Source: Polyangia bacterium | GTDB taxonomy: Bacteria > Myxococcota_A > Polyangia > JAAYKL01 | DNA length: 64,000 bases | Assembly (NCBI GenBank): GCA_050287845.1 | Contig: JBNKCR010000055.1 | Coordinates: forward strand, 32,001 to 96,000 | Direction of reading: 5' to 3' | In this document: positions 28,712 to 37,800 of the stretch, piece by piece | How the letters are laid out: the number at the start of each line of letters is the position of its first letter | Position numbering within the stretch: position 1 is the stretch's first letter | The notes under the pieces: generated by a model | Database searches by the model: none | The model's input: the letters and a program-made list of their open reading frames with translations, nothing else | What the model was told of the DNA's origin: nothing | Position numbers and translations under genes: made by a program

Positions 28712-29448
28712 TTGAAATCTACCCTTCTATCTTTGGCAACGTTCCCGGCGGTGGATTCTTCTTCGCCCTTGGAAACCACTCGCATCTTGGCGCCGTCCAC
28801 GCCCATGGCTTTCATCAGCTTCTGAACCATTCTGGCGCGTCTTTCACCCAGGGCCATATTGTATTCCGTGGTGCCAGCAGCATCGCAGTGACCTTCCAAC
28901 GTAATCTGGCCGGGATCATTTTCCTGCATACAGGCAAAGTTCTGATCGAGAACCGAACGCCCAGCGGAATCCACTTCGGAAGAATCAAACTCGAAGAATA
29001 CTGATTCCAGCAAGCATTGGCTTTCGGGAACCGCTGTGGTGGGCTGAGTGTTTACACACTTATAGTTCACACACGACAGTCCGGCGGGGCATTGATCGTC
29101 ACTCTGACATTCCGCGTCGATACACGCGCCGTCCGCACATACCTGTCCAGCACCGCATTCTTCGTTCTGGGTACACGGGCCACAAGTATTATCCCGGCAT
29201 ACCTGACCAGCGGCACAATCTGCGCTCGTCGCACAGTAGTTCGGAATGTCACGACAGCCGCCGCCTGCACATTCCTGGCCTTGCGGACAATCCTGATCAC
29301 CACGGCACTGTTGACACAGGTTGTTCACACAGAACTCGCCTTCATGACAGTGTTCGTCGGTTTTGCAGTTCGGATAATCGGGCTTGCACCCAATCACCAG
29401 CAGCGCACCAAACACAACAGATAGAATGATTCCCATTTTCTTATTCAT
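28708..29448 (-). CDS. pal: Pal/OmpA-family lipoprotein with N-terminal Cys-rich repeats
   Basis: Lipobox VIGC; VFFEFDS, EGHCD..GTTEYNMALGERRA, VSKGEE, DRRVDF. Confidence 0.88.
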   Translation of the reverse strand: MNKKMGIILSVVFGALLVIGCKPDYPNCKTDEHCHEGEFCVNNLCQQCRGDQDCPQGQECAGGGCRDIPNYCATSADCAAGQVCRDNTCGPCTQNEECGAGQVCADGACIDAECQSDDQCPAGLSCVNYKCVNTQPTTAVPESQCLLESVFFEFDSSEVDSAGRSVLDQNFACMQENDPGQITLEGHCDAAGTTEYNMALGERRARMVQKLMKAMGVDGAKMRVVSKGEEESTAGNVAKDRRVDFK

Positions 29449-29601
29449 GTTTCTTACCTCCATACAGCTCCATGGGTACATATGTTTGCCATTTCATGTC
29501 ATTAGTCGCAACAAATAACAACAAGTTTCAATAGGTTATTTCATGTGATGCAAAAAAATACAACTTCGATGACACTATGTTTTGCGTGATGACCTCCCAT
29601 A

Positions 29602-29617
29602 AGTGAACAATGTCACA
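29602..29617. promoter_or_regulatory. CRP-family-like site between divergent pal and trxA
   Basis: AGTGA-ACAATG-TCACA, 9/10 match to TGTGA-N6-TCACA. Confidence 0.35.
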
Positions 29618-29718
29618 GTGGGGAACTAAAATTGCAATCCCATGAAACGGCATTATGTTACCTACGTAATCAGAAATTTGCGTTGCGGAGAAGTTAAACA
29701 GGAAGAGAGGGTAATTAA

Positions 29719-30087
29719 ATGGCAACAACTGAATTGACATCAAGTAATCTGGAATCCTTAATTAGTGACAGCAACATGCTGTTTATCGATTTTTGGGCCG
29801 AATGGTGTGGTCCCTGCCGGATGTTCGGTCCGACATTTGAAGCTGCATCAGAAAAGAATGAAGATATTATCTTTGCGAAATGCGATACGGAAGCCCAACA
29901 GGAAGTGGCCGGGAAATTTGGCATTCGTTCCATTCCGACGCTCGCCGTGTTCAAAGAAGGCGTGATGATATTTCAACAGCCGGGCGCTCTTCCCCCGGCT
30001 GCGCTGGACGAACTCATTGAAAAAGTGAAAGATCTCGACATGGAGGAAGTGCGCAAGGAAATGGAAGCGCAGAAAAAAGCTCAGTGA
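29719..30087 (+). CDS. trxA: Thioredoxin
   Basis: IDFWAEWCGPC, IRSIPTL. Confidence 0.97.
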   Translation: MATTELTSSNLESLISDSNMLFIDFWAEWCGPCRMFGPTFEAASEKNEDIIFAKCDTEAQQEVAGKFGIRSIPTLAVFKEGVMIFQQPGALPPAALDELIEKVKDLDMEEVRKEMEAQKKAQ

Positions 30088-30116
30088 GCGTGAGCGGTGT
30101 CCCCGCCATTCGCTCA
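30085..30116. terminator. Hairpin between convergent trxA and MATE genes
   Basis: TGAGCG...CGCTCA inverted repeat spanning both stop codons. Confidence 0.4.
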
Positions 30117-31520
30117 ATCCAACAGTTTCAGCGCCTTTTCCCGCCATCCCCCCTTATAGTACCGAATTGCATACAGACCGGCCATCATACAGAAAAACAC
30201 GATGACTGCTATCCAGGTGCTCAACGGCGACATTGACAGTACATGAAAGCACACGAATGTCACCGCAACCAGTAGCCAGTGAATGGAGACAGACACAATC
30301 ATGTTCCAGAATGTATCCCCCGCCCCCCGCAGTGCACCGCTGAAAACAATAGTGATGGCGTCGGCAAGCAGATAAATGCTGATAAGCTGCACCATATCGA
30401 TCGCCAATGGCTGAATCTGATCCCAGTGCGCACCGGCATCTGCGGGTCTGAACAGATTCACCAGCGGTGTGGGCGACAGAGCGAACAGTCCAATAAGGCC
30501 TGCCACGTAAGTAGTAGCAAGCAACAGACCGGATTTCATGGATTTATGAGCCGTAGCCAAATCCTTTCTGCCGACATATCGGCCAACGAGTGTTGTAACG
30601 CCCACGTTGATTCCCAGCAGGGGGATGAACGCCACCATGTCCCAATTAAACGTAATGGTCACCGCCGAGGCGACTGCCAGCCCCTGACCGTGAAAAATCA
30701 TAATTAACAGCGTGAATCCCAGGAGATTCAAAAACAGTTCAATACCGGAGGGGGTTCCCAGTCTCCACAATTCCTTCATCAGACCGGGATGAAACCGGAA
30801 TCCGGACAACACATCAAACTCCACCTCGTTTTTTTTGCGGAAATAGGATGCCACCAGAACCAGCACACCAACACCGCCCGCGATGTTCGTACCATATGCA
30901 GCACCAACAATGCCCAGTTTCGGCAATCCGAATTTCCCGAAAATCAGCACATAGTTCAGGCCAACGTTGACGGTCATGCTCACGACAGCGGCAAGCATCA
31001 CCAGACGTGTTCGGCCAATTCCGCTGAAAAAATTGGCCAGACTGCTCCTTAGCAGGGGTAATACCGAACCCAGCATAAGGATGCCGAAATAGATGGCCTG
31101 GAGCTCCAGTTCCCGCACATCGACGCCAGAATACGCAAAGAGCTTCTTTCCGGGTGCAATAAGCAGTAGAAGAACGGGATATGCCAACAGCGCCACAATC
31201 CCGCCCTGGGTTGCCACCGCGGCACACAGCTCCTTCTTTCCCGCGCCATATCGTTGCGCTACCATTGCCGTGGTGTAACCGATAAGCCCAACGAAGAAAG
31301 TGGAAAACATGAATGCGGACAACCCGCCGGCCATGGCGGCACTCATGTGTTCTCCGCCCAGTCGGGAAAGAAACAGACGATCCGTAAACAGCATCACCGT
31401 ATCGCAGGTGTATGAAACTATCAGGGGCGCTGCAATTCGCAACAGTTCGAGAGCCCCCCCCTCATTCGCCCCTGCGTTCAGTCTTGACTCGCTATGCATA
31501 AATACCTGTCGGATATTCAA
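30114..31520 (-). CDS. MATE family efflux transporter (start may be 31499)
   Basis: About 12 TM; DRLFLSRLG, LIFGKFGLPKLGIVGAA, GALRGAGDT. Confidence 0.93.
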   Translation of the reverse strand: MNIRQVFMHSESRLNAGANEGGALELLRIAAPLIVSYTCDTVMLFTDRLFLSRLGGEHMSAAMAGGLSAFMFSTFFVGLIGYTTAMVAQRYGAGKKELCAAVATQGGIVALLAYPVLLLLIAPGKKLFAYSGVDVRELELQAIYFGILMLGSVLPLLRSSLANFFSGIGRTRLVMLAAVVSMTVNVGLNYVLIFGKFGLPKLGIVGAAYGTNIAGGVGVLVLVASYFRKKNEVEFDVLSGFRFHPGLMKELWRLGTPSGIELFLNLLGFTLLIMIFHGQGLAVASAVTITFNWDMVAFIPLLGINVGVTTLVGRYVGRKDLATAHKSMKSGLLLATTYVAGLIGLFALSPTPLVNLFRPADAGAHWDQIQPLAIDMVQLISIYLLADAITIVFSGALRGAGDTFWNMIVSVSIHWLLVAVTFVCFHVLSMSPLSTWIAVIVFFCMMAGLYAIRYYKGGWREKALKLLD

Positions 31521-31800
31521 TTTATGGCTATGGATGGACGACTTCTGTTCGCGTCCAGATTCGTCTCAACGGGAACCACGGAAAATGTTGCCGAGTGGTC
31601 AACATAAGACGATGAGGTCCCTATCGCATGAAAAAAAGGATTTCGTAAAGCTTTTTGGAAAAATCAATGATTTCATATAATACATAATCTGGCACATACA
31701 TTCCGTTTATTGTACTTATATCTGTCAACCGTGGTGTTCAGGTTGACTTCGCCAAATGATTCTTTTCAAGAATGACCAGCTGTGATACCTAGCGACGACG

Positions 31801-32712
31801 ATGAAACCGATTAGCGCACTGATAAAATTGGCCAGACCTGCTCAATGGGTAAAAAACATTTTTGTTTTCACCGCTCTGATTTTCTCCGGATTGGTTGGCA
31901 ACCCCGTTGCTGTCCTTGATGCAATCATTGCCTTCGGCACTTTTTCATTGGTATCCAGTGCAGTATATTATCTGAATGATTTCATGGACATAGAGGAAGA
32001 TAAGAGACATGAGGAAAAACGACATCGCCCTCTGGCAGCCGGCATCCTGCCACGGAGCGCCGGCAGCATCGGCTTTTTCGTTTTGTCTGCCGGGGCGCTG
32101 GCTCTGACATATGCCACGCTGGGTAGCGTATCCACGCTGATACTCTTCTGTTATCTTACCATGAACCTCGGTTATTCCTTCGGGTTGAAACACATTGTCA
32201 TTCTGGATGTCCTGATTATCTCCGCGGGTTTCGTGTTGCGAATTCTTGCCGGCGCCGCTGCCATTTCCCGGCTTCCATCCACGTGGCTCATCCTGTGTGG
32301 TGTCACCATTTCCCTTTTTCTTGGCTTTACGAAACGCAAAGCCGAAATTGTGTATCTCGGTGAATCCGCTGCCAGACACCGGAAAGTGCTGGGGCAATAT
32401 AATGAGTCTTTCCTGGACCAGGCAATTTCTATCGTAACCGCAGCCACGGTCATCTGCTACATTCTGTATACCGTTGACCCCCTCACCGTTTCCATGGTCG
32501 GCAGCCGGATGCTCCTTTTCAGTGTCCCCCCCGTCCTCTACGGTATCTTCCGGTATCTGTACCTGGTCTACCATGAACGTTCCGGCGGTGATCCGACCCG
32601 AACCGTATTCACTGATATTCCACTGTTGTTAACGGGGGGCACATGGGCGGTTCTGTGTGCCATCATCATTCTTTTCGGCAGCACCATCGCCGATTTATTC
32701 TCAAAGAGCTGA
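31801..32712 (+). CDS. UbiA-family decaprenyl-phosphate phosphoribosyltransferase-like protein
   Basis: RPAQWVKN, YYLNDFMDIEEDKRH..KRHRPLAAG, GFTKRKAE, GIFRY. Confidence 0.9.
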   Translation: MKPISALIKLARPAQWVKNIFVFTALIFSGLVGNPVAVLDAIIAFGTFSLVSSAVYYLNDFMDIEEDKRHEEKRHRPLAAGILPRSAGSIGFFVLSAGALALTYATLGSVSTLILFCYLTMNLGYSFGLKHIVILDVLIISAGFVLRILAGAAAISRLPSTWLILCGVTISLFLGFTKRKAEIVYLGESAARHRKVLGQYNESFLDQAISIVTAATVICYILYTVDPLTVSMVGSRMLLFSVPPVLYGIFRYLYLVYHERSGGDPTRTVFTDIPLLLTGGTWAVLCAIIILFGSTIADLFSKS

Positions 32713-32715
32713 ATC

Positions 32716-33072
32716 ATGGCAAAAGGTTTTATTTTACTGGCGATCGCAGTCATTTTTAACGGCGTGGCCAACGTTCTGATGAAAAAGGGAATGATTGGCA
32801 CGGAGTCCCACGAAAGCATTGGAGATGCCATTCGACATTACCTGACTTCCTGGCCCATCATTGCAGGGCTGACATTGTTCGCACTCAATGTCATCGCGTA
32901 CACCCAGTCGCTGAGCCGGATTCCGCTCTCAGTCGCGTATCCAATCATGGTTTCACTGACAGGACTGATTGTCATTGGGGGTTCGGTTGTGTTATTCAAG
33001 GAATCGATCAGTAATTATCAGTGGATTGGATTCGCCCTTATCATCGGTGGCGTCGTCCTGGTGGCAAAATGA
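32716..33072 (+). CDS. SMR/DMT small membrane protein (ArnE/F-like flippase candidate)
   Basis: Four TM; LSRIPLSVAYP, LFKE. Confidence 0.85.
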   Translation: MAKGFILLAIAVIFNGVANVLMKKGMIGTESHESIGDAIRHYLTSWPIIAGLTLFALNVIAYTQSLSRIPLSVAYPIMVSLTGLIVIGGSVVLFKESISNYQWIGFALIIGGVVLVAK

Positions 33073-34016
33073 TTAAATTTATACAAAAACTGCTATTCAA
33101 CGTCTCAACGGTCATTTTCACAACCGCGATTCTGTTATTCGGCTGCTACGACTCAGACGAATTTCCAGATTTTCCGGATGAACTCGAAAAAAAGACCGCA
33201 AACTTCGAAAAAATTGCGCCCATCCTGGCGGCGTTGCCCACAGCGAACGAAGCCATGGCGGTGTCGCAAGCCAATTCACCGGACAAGCGCGTTCGAAGGG
33301 CTGCGGCGCTCCGCCTGCTCACCCTCGGCAGCGGTTCGGAAAAAGCGGTGTCCGCTCTCACCCGGCTGGCGCAGAGCGATGAAGTCCCCCGGGTGCGAAG
33401 CGCGGCTGTTCGGGCACTGGGGGCGGTATCCGAAAACGCTGGTGGTGTATCGACGGTAGTCAAAGCCATATGTGATCCGGATCCCAATGTCCGGTTATAC
33501 GCATTGAAGTCCCTGCTGCACCTGGATGCCCGTGCCAACAATGCCATTCTGGAGTTTCTGGCCAACAACGACGAATCCGCCATGCCCTGCCCCACCGAAT
33601 CAAATCCCGGGCATACATTGCAAAAGGAGCTCGTTCACCAGCTTGATGAACAGGGAGCCAAGTTCCTCACGCTCTTTGTTGACGGTCTTTCTCATCCCGG
33701 AACAGAAGTGGTTCTGCAAAGCCTGAAGCAGCTCAGAAAGCTCGGCAGAAGCGCCGCACCGGCGATTCCGGCGCTGATCGCACTCATGGAATCACCGAAT
33801 GACAATATCCGGTTTGAATGTATACAGACATTCACCACCGTTGGAGACCAGCATCCACTGATAATGCCCACACTTTTTGACGTCATTAATGATCCGGGCA
33901 CATCAACCGGTCTGCGGAACGCCGCGAAAAATGCGGTGAAGCGAATTCAGACCCAGCACATCTCCACCAGCAAACAGCCAGCCAACGGCCGCAGAACGCA
34001 GCGTCGTCCCCGGTAA
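33069..34016 (+). CDS. HEAT-repeat lipoprotein
   Basis: Lipobox LFGC; repeated VRxxAA/LG helical units; ATGA overlap with upstream gene. Confidence 0.85.
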   Translation: MIKFIQKLLFNVSTVIFTTAILLFGCYDSDEFPDFPDELEKKTANFEKIAPILAALPTANEAMAVSQANSPDKRVRRAAALRLLTLGSGSEKAVSALTRLAQSDEVPRVRSAAVRALGAVSENAGGVSTVVKAICDPDPNVRLYALKSLLHLDARANNAILEFLANNDESAMPCPTESNPGHTLQKELVHQLDEQGAKFLTLFVDGLSHPGTEVVLQSLKQLRKLGRSAAPAIPALIALMESPNDNIRFECIQTFTTVGDQHPLIMPTLFDVINDPGTSTGLRNAAKNAVKRIQTQHISTSKQPANGRRTQRRPR

Positions 34017-34332
34017 TCGAAGACCAATAGAACCGCGATACCAATTTACAGTTCAGTTTCTTCAAAAAATCCATTGAACTTTTCGGTCGTGCGGGGCAAC
34101 TCGCACCGGCCAGCCAGCCAATCAGATGTGCGTGAATCCGGATTGATGCGATATTCCTGGCATCCGTTTTTTTCGACAACCATTTCGATCTCCCTGTAAC
34201 AATGCAATATTTCTCCAAACCACTTTTCATGGCACGTCCCTGAAAGCATGGTACATTTCTGTCACCGAATAACAAAACAATGCCGATTTGAGCGTGCATG
34301 AACCAAGCACATCGGCAACAGTGGAGGACAAC

Positions 34333-35151
34333 ATGGAAAGAAGATTTCAGTTCACAGGAACAGGCGGCGGGCTTTTGGGTAAATTTCTGGTGGGAATGAT
34401 ATTGACGGGAATCACCATGGGCATCTACGCCCCCTGGTTTATTGTAAACCTTCAAAAATACATCTGTGAAAATCTCACGCTGAAAACGGAAAATGGTGAT
34501 GTGAAGTTCAGCTTCACCGGAACCGGTGGCAAACTCTTTGGTGTCTACCTGGTCGGCGCCATTCTCACCGGTCTGACCCTTGGAATTTATGCATCGTGGT
34601 TCATGGTGAATATCACCAGATTCTTCGCCGAAAATACACAGGCGCAAAGCGCGGAGGGCAAATCATATACAATTCAGTTCAATGGCAACGGTGCATCCCT
34701 GTTTGGCACGTATTTCGTTGGCGTTCTCCTCACCTGCATCACCTTTGGCATCTACGCCCCCTGGTTTATGGTGAAAGTGACCAGGTTCTTCACAGACAAT
34801 ATGGACATACTGGAAAACAGCACCAAAGTCGGCACATTCGCGTTTACCGGCGAGGGTGGAGAGCTATTTGGAATCTATATTCTGGGGGCGATTCTGAGCA
34901 CCATTACCCTGGGCATCTACTCATTCTGGTTTGCGGTCAACATTATGAAATATTTCAACAACCACACCGACATCTCCCTCAGCGGAAAAACGGTTACGGG
35001 AGATTTCACTGGAACCGGCGGAAATTACTTTGCCATCAATTTCGTCGGCTATCTGCTCACAATGCTCACCATTGGCATCTACGGTGCCTGGTACATGTGC
35101 AACCTGTTGAAATTTCAGTATGAAAACGTTCGCTTCCTCGACAAGGCATAG
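34333..35151 (+). CDS. DUF898/YjgN-family membrane protein, four internal repeats
   Basis: GGAGG RBS; four copies of FxF(T/N)GxG...L(T/S)xxTxGIYxxW. Confidence 0.85.
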   Translation: MERRFQFTGTGGGLLGKFLVGMILTGITMGIYAPWFIVNLQKYICENLTLKTENGDVKFSFTGTGGKLFGVYLVGAILTGLTLGIYASWFMVNITRFFAENTQAQSAEGKSYTIQFNGNGASLFGTYFVGVLLTCITFGIYAPWFMVKVTRFFTDNMDILENSTKVGTFAFTGEGGELFGIYILGAILSTITLGIYSFWFAVNIMKYFNNHTDISLSGKTVTGDFTGTGGNYFAINFVGYLLTMLTIGIYGAWYMCNLLKFQYENVRFLDKA

Positions 35152-35211
35152 TCGACTGGCCATCCAATCCCCCCCCCGGCCAAACCATTCAGCACTTTTT
35201 AAATACCAGTG

Positions 35212-35937
35212 TCAGATACCGGAGCCATCCGTGAAGTTGATACCACAATATGCCGGACCTTTCCGTCCTTCTTCGCGAAGATGTCGCCAACGACCTGCCC
35301 GCGCATCTTCTCCCTCCATCACGGGCGTGGTACAGCACTGACAGCCGATACTGGGATAGCAGAGGCTGTGAAGGGAATGCACCGGCACCTTGTGCTCGCT
35401 CAGGTAATCAGTCACCATATTCCGGGTCCAGTCCGCAATGGGACTCATGTTATACCCTCCAAAACGCGGATCCTCTGAAATGAATTCGATATTCGCACGA
35501 CCATTTCCCTCTTCCCGACGGCGTCCACCAAACACCAGTTGATGCCCTTCCCGCTTTATATATCGCAAAAACGGCTGGCCTTTCCGAATATCACAGCACA
35601 TGGGTTGCCCTTCCGCTGTCCTGTAGAGCTTACACCGATACCGTTCCTCCTGCTGTTCAGGGGTCAACGTGGGATATAATGTTTTAATATTCAGTTTATA
35701 TTTTCGCATAAACTCATCCCGAAGCTGCAGCGTTTCGTGAAAATGGTACCCGGTATCCACAAAAAGTATCTCGTTGTCAGCTCCCAGTTCGTGAAATATA
35801 TGCATCAGCACAGATGCGGTTTTCTGCATACTGGAAAGTAAAACCGCCCTGGTTCCGAATTGAGAAATGCCATATTCAATGCGCTCCAGCGCGTTTTTTT
35901 CTTTCAGTGCTTCATTTGCTTTCCGAATGTCAATCAT
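35212..35937 (-). CDS. cysH: APS/PAPS reductase; Fe-S-binding Cys pattern indicates APS type
   Basis: FVDTGYHFHET, CCDIRK, YPSIGCQCCT, RAGRW, C-terminal YCGIN. Confidence 0.92.
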   Translation of the reverse strand: MIDIRKANEALKEKNALERIEYGISQFGTRAVLLSSMQKTASVLMHIFHELGADNEILFVDTGYHFHETLQLRDEFMRKYKLNIKTLYPTLTPEQQEERYRCKLYRTAEGQPMCCDIRKGQPFLRYIKREGHQLVFGGRRREEGNGRANIEFISEDPRFGGYNMSPIADWTRNMVTDYLSEHKVPVHSLHSLCYPSIGCQCCTTPVMEGEDARAGRWRHLREEGRKGPAYCGINFTDGSGI

Positions 35938-36039
35938 CGGTCGTACACTCCGTCTGTTTCCAGGTTACACATCGACGCATGGTCCCGAACATCCACATTC
36001 CGTTCAGTTCGTTTGCGGCGTCTGGATGGCTGATTCGGT

Positions 36040-37800
36040 TCAAACTCCGCATTTGACACAATCGTTGGATTCGAGCTTTCGCATTCGAATGGCCTCGGTG
36101 GGACAAACCCGGAGACACTTACCGCATCGAATGCAGTTGTCGTTGTCAATGTATATGAATGTAGCGTCCTGGGCGCGTTCGGCTTCGAATACCTTCGTGG
36201 GAAACCCGTCTTCATCGAAGAATATCCGCGATGCCTTTTTAATGCAGTCCCGGGGAGCCGCATCAATACACCAGTTGCAATGAATACACTTGTCCTGATC
36301 AATTTCGAACTTGTAATGACACAAATAACACCGGGTAGCCGCATTCTGTGCAATCAACAGAGGAAAACCGGTTTCCACCTCGGCATTGCGCTTGAAGCGA
36401 TCGGCCACATCCGCCATGGGCATCGGCAGTTGAAACTGAATATCATGGTCCCGCAACCGGCCGGTTTCGCCGTCACAATCAGTCAATTCATACTTCACGC
36501 CACGCATCAGACGTTTCACCCCCATCAGATACTCGTCAATCAACAACGCCACGGCTTTGCCGGAAGCAACGGCATTAATCACATCGGCGCTGCCCCCCTT
36601 GAAATCCCCGGAAACAAACAGACCCGGGCGGCTTGTATGACCATCTTCTTCCGATTCCACGCCGAACGGCAACAGGGATTCATCCCGTTTCTGACCGATT
36701 GCAGCAATGAGCACGTCACAGGGAATTTGCACTTCGCTCCCTTCCAGGGGCACAATCTTCGCTTTTGTCCCCAGGGTGCCATCGGCGACCAAATTGCGCT
36801 GCAGCACCAATATTCCCCGTCCATTATCATCCGTTTCGTAGCGAATCGGCGAAAGCAGCGTTCGAATGACGATATCTTCCTCGTCCATCGCCTTGAATTC
36901 ATTTCTATCCGCAGCCATCGATGCTTCGGTTCTGCGATATGCGATGGTTACTTCCGTCCCCGGCTCGCCAATGCGTCTGGCAGCTCTGGAACAATCCACT
37001 GCCGTGAACCCACCGCCAATGACCACCACGTTCCCTTTCAAACTGGTCAACTCACCGCGATTATACCTGCGCATGAAATCAAGACCGCTCACCATAATGT
37101 GTTCCGCGCCGGGAATCGACAGGGTGTTGGTAATGGTGGTGCCTGCTGCCAGCAACACGGCGTCATGGGTTCGGCTATAATTGTCGATGTCTTCGGTTGA
37201 CACGCTGCAATTTGTGTTGATGTTCACGCCACCCTGCTCTATCAGCGAAATCTCCGCAGCCACAATGTCCCGTGGTAATCGAAAGGCCGGGATACCGTCC
37301 ACCAGCATACCACCGGCAACCGGCGCCTTTTCCACCACCGTCACCCCGTGCCCCATCCGCGAGAGCTCCCGGGCGGCACTCAATCCCGCCGGCCCGGCCC
37401 CAATCACCATCACCCTTTTCCCGGAAGGTTCAAAAAGTGGTGGCAAAGCGGTCTGTTTCTCACGAATATTATCGGCTGCATATCGCTTGAGATGACAAAT
37501 CTGTACCGGCCCCTCCACATTCGTCCACTGATGCCGACATGCGTCCTCGCACACGCGCGTGCAAATGCGACCAAGCACCCCGGGAAACACGTTGTCCTGC
37601 TGATTGATGCGATATGCCACATCGGGTTTTCCCTGTGCAATCGCCTCAATATACGCAGGGACGTTGGTCTTTGCCGGGCAAGCCTCCTGACAGGGAATCG
37701 CTTTGGCTATGGTTTTCAAATCCAGCGCTGAAACACCGGTACCGATTTCCACCGTTGATTCCCGAGGTTGTTCTGCCTTGTTATATTTAAACCTCGCCAT
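36040..37800 (-). CDS. GltD/SudA/DsrL-like FAD/NAD(P)H oxidoreductase with N- and C-terminal Fe-S domains
   Basis: PCQEACP, GRICTRVCEDAC, GAGPAG, GGGFTAVD..YRR, RCYLC, CIHCNWC, CIRCGKCLRVCP. Confidence 0.9.
   Translation of the reverse strand: MARFKYNKAEQPRESTVEIGTGVSALDLKTIAKAIPCQEACPAKTNVPAYIEAIAQGKPDVAYRINQQDNVFPGVLGRICTRVCEDACRHQWTNVEGPVQICHLKRYAADNIREKQTALPPLFEPSGKRVMVIGAGPAGLSAARELSRMGHGVTVVEKAPVAGGMLVDGIPAFRLPRDIVAAEISLIEQGGVNINTNCSVSTEDIDNYSRTHDAVLLAAGTTITNTLSIPGAEHIMVSGLDFMRRYNRGELTSLKGNVVVIGGGFTAVDCSRAARRIGEPGTEVTIAYRRTEASMAADRNEFKAMDEEDIVIRTLLSPIRYETDDNGRGILVLQRNLVADGTLGTKAKIVPLEGSEVQIPCDVLIAAIGQKRDESLLPFGVESEEDGHTSRPGLFVSGDFKGGSADVINAVASGKAVALLIDEYLMGVKRLMRGVKYELTDCDGETGRLRDHDIQFQLPMPMADVADRFKRNAEVETGFPLLIAQNAATRCYLCHYKFEIDQDKCIHCNWCIDAAPRDCIKKASRIFFDEDGFPTKVFEAERAQDATFIYIDNDNCIRCGKCLRVCPTEAIRMRKLESNDCVKCGV

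Noticed and set aside
34229..34262. TGGCACG as sigma54 -24 element
   Set aside because: No TTGC at the required distance
33886..34647. 253-aa minus-strand ORF
   Set aside because: Overlaps two well-supported plus-strand genes; no motifs
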